This document shows positions 18,924 to 27,106 of a stretch of 58,689 bases of DNA, one piece after another. How positions within the stretch are numbered: position 1 is the stretch's first letter; every line of letters begins with the position of its first letter. Below the pieces are notes generated by a model. It searched no databases. It worked only from the letters and a program-made list of their open reading frames with translations, and had not been told where the DNA came from. Made by a program: the position numbers and the translations under genes. This DNA comes from an uncultured Candidatus Saccharibacteria bacterium (GTDB taxonomy: Bacteria > Patescibacteriota > Minisyncoccia > UBA6257 > 1-14-0-10-44-23): positions 109,739 through 168,427 of the forward strand of contig CAYMXN010000001.1 of the NCBI GenBank assembly GCA_964394435.1. The letters run 5' to 3'.

Positions 18924-19319
18924 ATGAGTTTTGCTGAAGCGGTTGAAAAAATCTCGCAAGCAAGTACAAAGTCTGACGCTTTGCGTGTTGCGTACGATAT
19001 TTTAAGCACAAAGTATCATGGTGGGCGTGTAAAAACCTACGCGTTATTTTGGCGGTTGTTTGAAGATACGTTTGAAAAACTTTGGAGCCGAAGTGGCTTT
19101 TTGCACTGTACTAAGATTAACCGGGTGTTGCGTGAGCTTTTGTTGGCGAGTGGTAAGTTTGCTCCTAGCGATATTCGCACTCGTTGGACGTTGGTTTGGT
19201 ATGTTTCGCCTCATCAGTATATGCAGGTTCGTGTTGAAAATGAGCAGTGGGTGAGTGTTGATATTTGGGCAAAAGCGTACGGGATTCAATTTGGAGATTA
19301 CGCGCGCGGGTTTAAATAA
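18924..19319 (+). CDS. Hypothetical protein, possibly a transglutaminase-like Cys-His-Asp fold
   Basis: Ordered FLHC...SPHQY...VDIW residues resemble a transglutaminase-core triad, but this is a weak call. The ATG lies 4 nt after tRNA-Trp. Confidence 0.35.
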   Translation: MSFAEAVEKISQASTKSDALRVAYDILSTKYHGGRVKTYALFWRLFEDTFEKLWSRSGFLHCTKINRVLRELLLASGKFAPSDIRTRWTLVWYVSPHQYMQVRVENEQWVSVDIWAKAYGIQFGDYARGFK

Positions 19320-19366
19320 AAAAACACCCTGCGTGACAGTCGTCGCACAGGGTGGTGGTATCTAGG

Positions 19367-20029
19367 TTATTCGCCTTGGGCTACTTTTTCTTCCGCAAGG
19401 ACTGCGTAGATGCTTGGGTCGCGTTCGATCTCCTTAACTGCATCGAGAATCTCTTCCTCTTCGCTTGTTTTTGGCAGCGCAAGGAGTGCTTGGACGATTT
19501 CAGGAAACACTTTCTTGACTCTTGCGAAGTCAAAGCCAAATAGAAGTTCGATGGCCCGTTTTCGGTCTTGCTTAAATGCGAGAGGGAAGGCTCGGGTACG
19601 GAAGCGGAAATCCCAAGTACTCTTCTCTCCAAGTTCCCTGTCGGGCCATAGTCCGCTTACATACAGCCATTCTTCAACCAGTGTTTCGAACTCGATCCCG
19701 TCAATCGGGTCGTTTTCCTCTGGCCTGCTCTTTTGTTCTGCCGCTCTTCTTTCTTTTTCGTTTGGCTTGAAGACGATGGTTTTCTTCTCTTTGTTTTTCT
19801 GCTTTCGTTCCTGATTGAGCGCGAGGCTCAAGAGATAGAGCGTCGCAAATCCTATAAAGCAGGCCTCGGCGCTTATGTGTAGCGGCTCGATCATTCTAGC
19901 GATCGCATCTATCGCTTTCATGAAGAGAAATGTGGCGAGTATTGATGCTACGCATATCAGTATCAGTAGAATCGCCCCAACTGCTATCTTGCCCATCTTC
20001 GACAGGATTGCGATAACCCTTGCTTTCAT
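19367..20029 (-). CDS. Hypothetical membrane protein (cassette downstream of tRNA-Arg and its repeat)
   Basis: Two N-terminal hydrophobic helices, a Lys/Glu-rich linker, and AGAGGA 5 nt upstream of the ATG. Confidence 0.5.
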   Translation of the reverse strand: MKARVIAILSKMGKIAVGAILLILICVASILATFLFMKAIDAIARMIEPLHISAEACFIGFATLYLLSLALNQERKQKNKEKKTIVFKPNEKERRAAEQKSRPEENDPIDGIEFETLVEEWLYVSGLWPDRELGEKSTWDFRFRTRAFPLAFKQDRKRAIELLFGFDFARVKKVFPEIVQALLALPKTSEEEEILDAVKEIERDPSIYAVLAEEKVAQGE

Positions 20030-20092
20030 CTTTTCCTCTTTTCAAGGATCAAAAAGTAGGCCTAGGCTACTTGGGTTCAGCTTTGATTGGAC

Positions 20093-20115
20093 TGAACTGT
20101 GCCCTCGAACTGAAT
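20093..20115. repeat. Distal exact copy (23 nt) of the tRNA-Arg 3' end plus trailer
   Basis: gaactgtgccctcgaactgaatc is identical to 20191-20213. Confidence 0.9.
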
Positions 20116-20190
20116 CCTTCGGGGGGGTACTCAGGGCGAGGGTGGCTTTGCTATGTTCGCTTAGCCCCGCTACGCTTGCAGTGAGCTTGC
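20116..20190. repeat. Repeat-family insert E2 between the duplicated tRNA-Arg ends
   Basis: It shares the ordered blocks ccttcgg / ctcagggcgag / tttgcta / gcagtgagc / gccgaact with 51938-52016. Confidence 0.7.
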
Positions 20191-20213
20191 CGAACTGTGC
20201 CCTCGAACTGAAT
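20191..20213. repeat. Proximal copy of the 23-nt direct repeat (overlaps the genuine tRNA-Arg 3' end)
   Basis: Identical to 20093-20115. Confidence 0.9.
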
Positions 20214-20268
20214 CGAACAGTTATCTTCTCCTTAGGACGGAGTAGCTCTATCCATTGAGCTACGAGGG
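20197..20268 (-). tRNA. tRNA-Arg(CCT)
   Basis: Hand fold: acceptor GCCCTCG/CGAGGGC, D-arm GCTC..GAGC, anticodon loop GTCCTAA, and T-arm AACTG-TTCGATT-CAGTT. There is one A-A mismatch at the top of the anticodon stem. Confidence 0.8.
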
Positions 20269-20441
20269 CTATTGCACCTCTAAAGTTATATAACTTTTTG
20301 TTATATTAAGCAACTTTACTGAAGGGGGTTTTCTATGGTATAGTTGGTCCAGTTACCGGGAATTCCCGCCTAGACTGATTTAGGCGCTGATTGTCGGATC
20401 AGCGGTATTCTTTACAAATTTATTAACTATTTTAACTAACT

Positions 20442-20639
20442 ATGGAGCTTAAAGCACTCTGTATGAAGTGTCGGGATGCCAATAACAAGCCAACGATGCA
20501 GGTGATGAAAAACCCTGTTGTCGAGAGCAAGGAGGGTAAGGGTGGCTCGTTGAAGTATTCAGCCAAGGGTCAGTGCTCAAAGTGCAGTGGTAATCAGTTC
20601 AAGTTTTTGAGTGCTGCAGACGCGCAAGCGTTGAAGTAG
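20442..20639 (+). CDS. Small zinc-ribbon protein (DUF5679-like pattern)
   Basis: 65 aa with CxxC (CMKC) and CxxC (CSKC) pairs followed by F+F. Confidence 0.5.
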   Translation: MELKALCMKCRDANNKPTMQVMKNPVVESKEGKGGSLKYSAKGQCSKCSGNQFKFLSAADAQALK

Positions 20640-20654
20640 TAGTATTTGCTAAAA

Positions 20655-20675
20655 GCTGCCTTCGGGCAGTTTTTA
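20655..20675 (+). terminator. Intrinsic terminator
   Basis: gctgcc-ttcg-ggcag-ttttt. Confidence 0.7.
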
Positions 20676-20712
20676 GTTTATGGATATTTTCTTGGGTGTA
20701 TACTAGAAATAT

Positions 20713-21660
20713 ATGCGAATTCTTTCTCTATTAGGTCTGCTTGTGGTATTTCCTCGTCTTGCGTCTGCGCATGTGAAGTGGCTATTACCCGCTGATGCGT
20801 CAATTCCCGCGGTTGCCCGATATCGACTAATGGATGCGCCGGTTCTTATCTGGATTGGTATTATTGTTTTTGCGCTTATAATTGGCTACCTGCTCGATCG
20901 ACGCGTTCGTACGCCGAATTGGCTAACGGGATTTAGCGTAAGACATCAATCACTTTTTGGTTCGCTGTTTCAGGTCATCTCCGGTTTATACTTTTTATTC
21001 ATTTCTTTTTTATGGCACGTAGTTCTTTCTCCAGAGCTTGCTATTACTAACTCGTATTCTACGTTTAGCTGGTGGGTCCAGATTTTTCTTGGAGTCATTC
21101 TTCTTACGACAAAAGCACCGCGTTTAGCTGCTTTTGTCTTGGCGGGGCTTTTAGCTGCGTTTACGCCACTATTGGGTGTCGAAGGGGTTTTTGAGCAAGC
21201 GATTTTGATTGGAATTATCTTCGTGCTGTGGATGCTCCCTCGCTGGAATCAGGAGGTGCGTTCAGCTTGGGCGATTGCTGTACTTCGCGTTACTGCCGGA
21301 GTTTCGCTGGTTACGCTTGGTTTTACGGAGAAGTTACTCGAGCCAGAGCTTTCAGTCGCCTTTCTTTCCTTGCATCATTGGAATTTTATGAGTGTTTTTG
21401 GATTTTCTGATTCGCTCTTTGTACTCTCGACTGGATTTGCTGAAGTGCTTTTTGGATTACTCCTTATTGCCGGTTTTGTTACGCGTATCACAACGATCAC
21501 TCTTGCTTTATTCTTTATGCTTTCGGTAACTTCGATGGCGATTGGTTCGGGTATATGGGAGGCGGAAGATTTAATTGTCTATGCAGCAGCATTAGTGCTT
21601 GTTCTGTATGGCCGTGGCGCAACTTGGCGGCAACTCTTGAGCGGTGGCGCTCGGTCGTAG
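20713..21660 (+). CDS. Polytopic membrane protein, unknown function
   Basis: A signal-like N-terminus and about 8 hydrophobic helices. A TATACT box ends 8 nt before the ATG. Confidence 0.6.
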   Translation: MRILSLLGLLVVFPRLASAHVKWLLPADASIPAVARYRLMDAPVLIWIGIIVFALIIGYLLDRRVRTPNWLTGFSVRHQSLFGSLFQVISGLYFLFISFLWHVVLSPELAITNSYSTFSWWVQIFLGVILLTTKAPRLAAFVLAGLLAAFTPLLGVEGVFEQAILIGIIFVLWMLPRWNQEVRSAWAIAVLRVTAGVSLVTLGFTEKLLEPELSVAFLSLHHWNFMSVFGFSDSLFVLSTGFAEVLFGLLLIAGFVTRITTITLALFFMLSVTSMAIGSGIWEAEDLIVYAAALVLVLYGRGATWRQLLSGGARS

Positions 21661-21724
21661 TTTTTTGATTTTTTGATAGCAAATCGGTATTCTAATGAAG
21701 ATCGACTTAGCGGTCTTTTGTTTT

Positions 21725-21811
21725 GGAGACGTGGCAGAGTGGTCGAATGCGTCGCACTCGAAATGCGATAGATCCGAAAGGGTCTCGGAGGTTCGAATCC
21801 TCCCGTCTCCG
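21725..21811 (+). tRNA. tRNA-Ser(CGA)
   Basis: Hand fold: acceptor GGAGACG/CGTCTCC, anticodon arm TCGCA-CTCGAAA-TGCGA, a long variable arm, and T-loop TTCGAAT. Confidence 0.85.
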
Positions 21812-21936
21812 CAGTGGTTAATAGTATTGCGTATTTTAGTGCGATTAAAGGGGGACAACTCGTCAGGAGATGTCTTCTTTTTGTGATATACTTTTACTAT
21901 ATACGTCGCCTAAATTATCAACTTTATATTTAACTC

Positions 21937-24900
21937 ATGCGGAATTTTTTAAAGTTCGCCCTGCCATTAGCGGTCGTGTTTTCGTTTGTCGGTTCATTAC
22001 CATTATTACCGGTTGATTTTGCTTCGTCGCAAACCGCTCAAATTTTAGACAGTGCGAGCGGCGGTTCTGTAGTTCCTCTCGGCGGACAGGCTGGCGAGAG
22101 AATTGATGAGCGTCGAGATAGCTTGTTGAGTGGTGGCGGCGTACTTCCGGGTGGCAATACCGTGACGGGTGGCCAGGTTTTTTATCCGATTATTCCCCAA
22201 CAGCCTACTACTGGATCAAGCGGTTCTTCGGCGACGACTGGCTCGTCAATTTCTACTGGTGGCAGTACTGCAACCTCTGGTTCTGGGTCGGGTGCTTCTT
22301 CTGGTGGTTCTTCGGCGACGACTGGCTCGTCTGCTACTTCTGGCGGAACTTCTTTGTTTAGTCTTTTTCCAAACAATCCGATTCCAATTGAGCAAGTGGC
22401 TCCATCTTCACTTCCTACTTCGCAAACTGCGCCCATTTCTTCTTCGGTGGTCAGCAAGTGTACGCAGGCGCAAGCAGCTGGTACGCAAAACTGTAATACG
22501 GTTTGTGCGACTTCGGGTACGGCCGCTTGTCAGCAGTGTCGAACCGCTGTTTCGACTGACTATAGTGAGTGCGTGAGTTCGGTTAGTGGCGGAGCTTCGA
22601 CTGTGACTAATTCAAATACGGGTAATGTCAGTGGTTCTGCGGTTGATCCAAATGGATTTTGTAAAACTCAACGCGAGGTTGAGCGCCAGATTGCTTTGGG
22701 GAAGTGTGGCGATGACGCCGGTTGTATTAAGTCGGCAAATGCGGCTTGTTCTTCGGCAATGCAAGAGCGATGTAATCAAACCAAGGAGCAAGCAGATAGT
22801 CTTTGTGGTGTCACTAGTGCAGGGAGTGTGAGCTCGGGTTCACCTGCTGGTGGTTCTGCGAGCGTGAGCGGTGCGCCGACTTCTCAATATGAAACAGTAT
22901 ACGTACCAGCTGATTCGAAGGTATACAACTTTACTACTCCTTCAAAAAATACTTTTCCTTCGGCAGTTTCGAGTGGCGGAATAAAGCCGTCTAGCACGCA
23001 ACTTCCTACTTCGTATTTCCTATCCGCAAATACGCCAGTTTTGCGAACTAAGCCGACAGGAGCTAATGCGCAAAACTATATTCCAGTTCAAGTGGTGGTA
23101 AATCAGCCAGTATCTGTTTCAGCCTCTGCGCTTATTGATCAGATTAAGCGACCGGATGCTGAAGTTCAGCGTTTAGCGGCTGTTGTTGCTGAAGGTCCAA
23201 AAACCAGCCTAGAAACGAGTATTGGTACTATCGAACTCCCTCGTTCCGGTATTTTAGACGTGCTCCTTTCCGGTGTTAAAAATCTATTTGGTAAAGACTC
23301 ATCAAATCAATCAAATAATGCGGTTATAGTTGGATTGAGCTGTCCAGCAAATGGCCAGAGCAGCGAGAAATCATTTGAGGCAAAAGGTGAGGCTTCTGAT
23401 GAAGTTACCATAACTCGTGATAAGGGTGACGGGGCGTGTGTTAATGCGAAAACGACCTGTACTGACACTTCTGTTGGCGCAACTTCGGGTCCATACTCGT
23501 ACACGGTTTCCTCGTGTCAGACCGTTTGTGAAAATGATCAGCGATCTCCAGAATCAAAATCTGCGTTTCAGGATCGTGCATACGGTGTTTTGCAAGCACT
23601 TGAAGGCAGTGTAGGTGATGCGGCTTGCGAGAATGCTAAACAGGCTGCGATTACTGCGGCGAGCAATGAAAAGCTTGAGTGTTCTATCTCGTGTCCAAAT
23701 GATGGTGTTTCGACTAACTGCAAGCCGTGTGGCATCAAGGGTTCGATTACCGTCGGAGAGTGTGCCGGATTGACCAGTGGTGATACTAATGGTGTTTCGT
23801 TTAGTGCGAATGTGAAATCTGCGAAGATTAAGGTTTCGATGAGTACTACTGCGGAGGCGAAATTGAATTGGGAGCAAAAGTGTGGACTAAGCGGTGGTAT
23901 TACTGTTGCGCAACCTGCTGGCGGCAGCGGAGGTCCTGCTGGTGGTGATAGTGGAAATGGCGGAGGTAGTTCTTCGGGTGGTGGAGGTGCTTCTCCGGTA
24001 GTGCCAACATTTTGGGAGAAGGTTTCCGCAACGTTATTTCCGGGAGGCTTTAATTTTGCAGCAACGCAAACTCCAACTCCGTCTGGCGACACGACAATTA
24101 CCGTTGATCCAAATGCGAGCTGTGGCGAACCTACTCCACGACCAAGTGCTCGCTGGAAATATGTTTGGGACTTAATGAAAGAAGCTCGTGAATCGTTAGT
24201 TAATCAACAGACGAAAGATGGGTATAGCCCATATGGATCTGATGCGTCCAAGAAAGAGCACACCGATGCGTTTAATAAGATAAAGGCTGATTACGAAGGT
24301 TGGTTAGTTTGTGGTGGTTCGGGAGATTCTTGTAAGGCGAATGGCGGAAAGTGTACGCCAGTAATTACTCTGGGATCGAGTGGTTTCGCAGAAGGTGCTT
24401 CAGCAAAATGTGTTTGTGGTGGTGCGAAGTCTACGTCTGGCTCTTCTAGTGGCGCCCCATCGACTTCTGGCGGTTCGACGGGTGGGAGTACTCCAGCGAA
24501 GCCAGTGACTCCAAGTCCAACAACAGAGCCAAAAGCTCCTGCGTGTGGGCCAGCGAAGATAAAATCTGGCGATACGACTGTTTTCAGCGTTGCTGACCTA
24601 GAGAAGCAAGTGACTGAACAGGTTCAGCTCGCAGCACAAGATCAACTTGATGATGAGACTCCAGCTTCGATCATTGCTTTATATCGTGAAAAACTTACTT
24701 GCGGTGAGGTCGCGAACGCGTGTAGTGCGGGTAAGTGTTCTCCAAGAATAAATATCGTTGACGGGAAGGCGGTAGCAAGTTGTGCGTGTGGTACGCCAAC
24801 TCCGGCTCCAGCCGGCACTGATGCGACTCCACCAGCGCCAGCTCCTGCTACTCCAGCTCTTCCACTTCCGACCCCTCCAGCACCGAGCTCTTCTCCAGCT

Positions 24901-25797
24901 ACTCCTCCGGCCGCATCTGCTCCTACCGTAGAAATTCCAACTTCGTGTAAACCACGAGCAGGAGAGTCTCTTGCTGGTTGGTTGTTGCGTCTTCTTCGTG
25001 GGTGTAAGGATCTGCCGACTACAAGCAGTCCAGCTTCTCCAGTTGTTCCAGCTCCAACAACTCCTGCGGTTGTATCATGTGATGCTTCTGAAGCTCCGAA
25101 GTGTGGTGGTACGTGTACTAGCGGCGGGGTTTGTGGTCCAAAGACATATCCAACATGTAATCCAATTACAGGTGAGCACAATGATATAGTTAATCCAAAG
25201 AGTGGATATACTCAAGCAGAGTGGAATCAAATTCTTTCGCTTAATTCAGGTGTTTGTAAGGCCATTCCTGGTAAGGGAGTTGGAAACTGTCAGTGTGGAT
25301 CAGCTCCAAAGCCGACAACTCCTCCTACGACCTCATCTACGGGTGGTAGTACTCCTCCGCCACCACCGCCAGTTGCTACCACAACTCCACCGATTACTTC
25401 TTCTCCGGCAGTTTGTAGGTATTCGTATTCTTTCGAAATTCACTATATTACCGCCGCTAATTGTGTTAACTGTGGTACTTGGAAGCCCGGCGTAGACGAT
25501 GATGCTCTCGCGGCTAACGCTTCTGTCGGTGCAAAAATTGGGGGAGCTACTGTTACTGTGAAGCATGATCATTATGCTGATTTTAGTGATGTTGCCGGGG
25601 GTACGCCGCAGTACTATATCATCATGACTAAGAAGCCTGACCCGGCTAATGACTCAAGGTGTTCCCCTGGATTTAAGCGCCGCAGTAAGTTGCATTATCC
25701 ACCAGGAATTGTTGATCCGGTTAAGGAGTCGGATACAATGAATACGATGTATCAGTATAAGGATGAGGATTTTGCGACAGATGAAGTTGTGAGATAG
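21937..25797 (+). CDS. Giant secreted Cys-rich / Ser-Gly-Thr-Pro-rich surface protein (1286 aa)
   Basis: Signal peptide MRNFLKFALPLAVVFSFVG, long low-complexity S/G/T tracts, many paired cysteines, and P/T/S linkers. No family is recognised. Confidence 0.8.
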   Translation: MRNFLKFALPLAVVFSFVGSLPLLPVDFASSQTAQILDSASGGSVVPLGGQAGERIDERRDSLLSGGGVLPGGNTVTGGQVFYPIIPQQPTTGSSGSSATTGSSISTGGSTATSGSGSGASSGGSSATTGSSATSGGTSLFSLFPNNPIPIEQVAPSSLPTSQTAPISSSVVSKCTQAQAAGTQNCNTVCATSGTAACQQCRTAVSTDYSECVSSVSGGASTVTNSNTGNVSGSAVDPNGFCKTQREVERQIALGKCGDDAGCIKSANAACSSAMQERCNQTKEQADSLCGVTSAGSVSSGSPAGGSASVSGAPTSQYETVYVPADSKVYNFTTPSKNTFPSAVSSGGIKPSSTQLPTSYFLSANTPVLRTKPTGANAQNYIPVQVVVNQPVSVSASALIDQIKRPDAEVQRLAAVVAEGPKTSLETSIGTIELPRSGILDVLLSGVKNLFGKDSSNQSNNAVIVGLSCPANGQSSEKSFEAKGEASDEVTITRDKGDGACVNAKTTCTDTSVGATSGPYSYTVSSCQTVCENDQRSPESKSAFQDRAYGVLQALEGSVGDAACENAKQAAITAASNEKLECSISCPNDGVSTNCKPCGIKGSITVGECAGLTSGDTNGVSFSANVKSAKIKVSMSTTAEAKLNWEQKCGLSGGITVAQPAGGSGGPAGGDSGNGGGSSSGGGGASPVVPTFWEKVSATLFPGGFNFAATQTPTPSGDTTITVDPNASCGEPTPRPSARWKYVWDLMKEARESLVNQQTKDGYSPYGSDASKKEHTDAFNKIKADYEGWLVCGGSGDSCKANGGKCTPVITLGSSGFAEGASAKCVCGGAKSTSGSSSGAPSTSGGSTGGSTPAKPVTPSPTTEPKAPACGPAKIKSGDTTVFSVADLEKQVTEQVQLAAQDQLDDETPASIIALYREKLTCGEVANACSAGKCSPRINIVDGKAVASCACGTPTPAPAGTDATPPAPAPATPALPLPTPPAPSSSPATPPAASAPTVEIPTSCKPRAGESLAGWLLRLLRGCKDLPTTSSPASPVVPAPTTPAVVSCDASEAPKCGGTCTSGGVCGPKTYPTCNPITGEHNDIVNPKSGYTQAEWNQILSLNSGVCKAIPGKGVGNCQCGSAPKPTTPPTTSSTGGSTPPPPPPVATTTPPITSSPAVCRYSYSFEIHYITAANCVNCGTWKPGVDDDALAANASVGAKIGGATVTVKHDHYADFSDVAGGTPQYYIIMTKKPDPANDSRCSPGFKRRSKLHYPPGIVDPVKESDTMNTMYQYKDEDFATDEVVR
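22222..22331 (+). repeat. In-frame 84-bp-period direct repeat inside the giant gene
   Basis: The 26-nt exact copy ggttcttcggcgacgactggctcgtc occurs at 22222-22247 and 22306-22331 and encodes GSSATTGSS. Confidence 0.85.
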
Positions 25798-25863
25798 TAA
25801 GTTAGTCTGAAAATAAAATGACCTCGCTACCTTTGCTGGTGGCGGGGTCATTTGTATTTTGCT

Positions 25864-26250
25864 CTACTGTTGCTGAAAGTCGTGCCAACCAAATCCTCTA
25901 CTTGGGAGGAGTCCATCTCCTCCGTCGTAGTTGATGTGGAGGCGGGCGACCTCGCTTCCTTTATCTATGGCCACGATGCTTAGCGTGAAGGGGGCTGATG
26001 GCAGCATCAGCGCCTTTTCTTCTTTCGGCTTAAGCTCGGCAACGAGCTTGTTGTTGCAGTAGATCGCGAGTTGTGCGCCTTCTGGCCAGTGGGTGCACGC
26101 GGTGCTGTTGCCGATTTGCATCGTTCGCATTTCGGGATGAGCGTAACTTGCGATTTGTGCTTGTGTGTAGCTCGAGCGCACGCCATGGGCGCACGCGGTA
26201 ACGGTAGCAACAAGGCTGAAGAGCAGGGCGATACGAAGGACGTTTCTCAC
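25864..26250 (-). CDS. Small lipoprotein (GC-richer cassette)
   Basis: GTG start preceded by AAGGAG. The signal peptide has a lipobox (LFSLVATVTAC). Confidence 0.6.
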   Translation of the reverse strand: MRNVLRIALLFSLVATVTACAHGVRSSYTQAQIASYAHPEMRTMQIGNSTACTHWPEGAQLAIYCNNKLVAELKPKEEKALMLPSAPFTLSIVAIDKGSEVARLHINYDGGDGLLPSRGFGWHDFQQQ

Positions 26251-26298
26251 GTGAATCTCCTTGCGCTTTGCGCAGGTGAGTTCTTTTGTTCTAATTTA

Positions 26299-26327
26299 GT
26301 TATCGTATATTATTATATTTTTGTCAA
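26299..26327 (-). promoter_or_regulatory. Putative promoter TTGACA-17-GATAAC (minus strand)
   Basis: The reverse complement of tgtcaa at 26322-26327. Confidence 0.45.
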
Positions 26328-26396
26328 TTCACAGAAAGGGGGTAATAAAAAAGAGGCTCCTCGGTGAGTTGTGAGGTAGCCTCTGTACTACTTGTC

Positions 26397-26831
26397 TTAC
26401 GAGCCCTTGCCGATTGCGAATTGGACATCAACGAAGGCGAAGTTTGGGTCGGGGTGGCGAACATTGCCTTGTTCGACGACTTCGGCCTTTATGACGTAGA
26501 TCTGTGTATCCTTCGAGCCAAAGAACTCTTCGCAATGGTCGTTGAGGTGTTTTTCTACCGCCAAGCGCAACTGTTCTTCGTCGATGTTTTGTCCGCCAAG
26601 TGAGTCGGGAATCTTAGCGAAAACCCAGTTTGGTTTTATGACCGTCTGACTTTCACTTCTCCCTTTTGCGACAACTACCAGCTTGTCGCATTCGAGCGTG
26701 CGCAACTCGGGCTTGCTCGGCGTCTCTGAATGATAGACGATGACTTCTTTGCTAGGGGCAAGAAGCATGCCGGCAAAAAAGGTGGTGATTGCGATCATCG
26801 GCGTTATGACGATGTTCTTGCTGTAGCGCAT
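26397..26831 (-). CDS. Membrane-anchored hypothetical protein (cassette)
   Basis: ATG 26831 is preceded by GGAG. It has an N-terminal TM helix (ITPMIAITTFFAGMLLA). The track ORF start at 26897 has no SD. Confidence 0.5.
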   Translation of the reverse strand: MRYSKNIVITPMIAITTFFAGMLLAPSKEVIVYHSETPSKPELRTLECDKLVVVAKGRSESQTVIKPNWVFAKIPDSLGGQNIDEEQLRLAVEKHLNDHCEEFFGSKDTQIYVIKAEVVEQGNVRHPDPNFAFVDVQFAIGKGS

Positions 26832-26903
26832 TAGGGTGCTCCAATTTGAACCCAAAACAACCACATTAGTTATTATGTATTTACTAGTTATTGTCAATTA
26901 GAG

Positions 26904-26932
26904 TTGTAAAATGCTATTAAATTGGCTAGAAT
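26904..26932 (+). promoter_or_regulatory. Putative promoter TTGTAA-17-TAGAAT driving the tRNA-Ala precursor
   Basis: Hand-counted 17-nt spacer. Confidence 0.5.
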
Positions 26933-26960
26933 ATTTCTACGTCAATGCGTGATTGAGGCA

Positions 26961-27106
26961 GGGCCTATAAGCCCGTCGCCGAGTACGGCGAATCTGGGCG
27001 GGCTTGCGGCAATAGGTTCCGGCTCCGCCGCGTTTATAACCGGCGACCCTTGTCGCCTAGCCGTAGTAAAATGGATTATAATTGCCCAGTATCGCTTCGC
27101 TCAACT
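26961..27106 (+). repeat. GC-rich structured leader containing tRNA-Ala 5'-end fragments and a repeat-family hairpin (E3)
   Basis: gggcctata (26961-26969) copies tRNA positions 1-9. tagtaaaatgg (27064-27074) copies 27114-27124. The hairpin cccagt-atcgcttcgctca-actggg carries the family motif cgcttcgct, and ccttgtcgcctagc resembles the family block cttgcgcctagc. Confidence 0.55.

Noticed and set aside
23568-25181. Antisense ORFs inside giant gene 1 (23568-24092, 24642-25181), and by the same logic the 320-aa ORF at 39829-40791 antisense to giant gene 2.
   Set aside because: Low-complexity, GC-rich coding DNA generates long antisense frames, and their translations are Pro/Gly/Ala/Ser runs without start signals.
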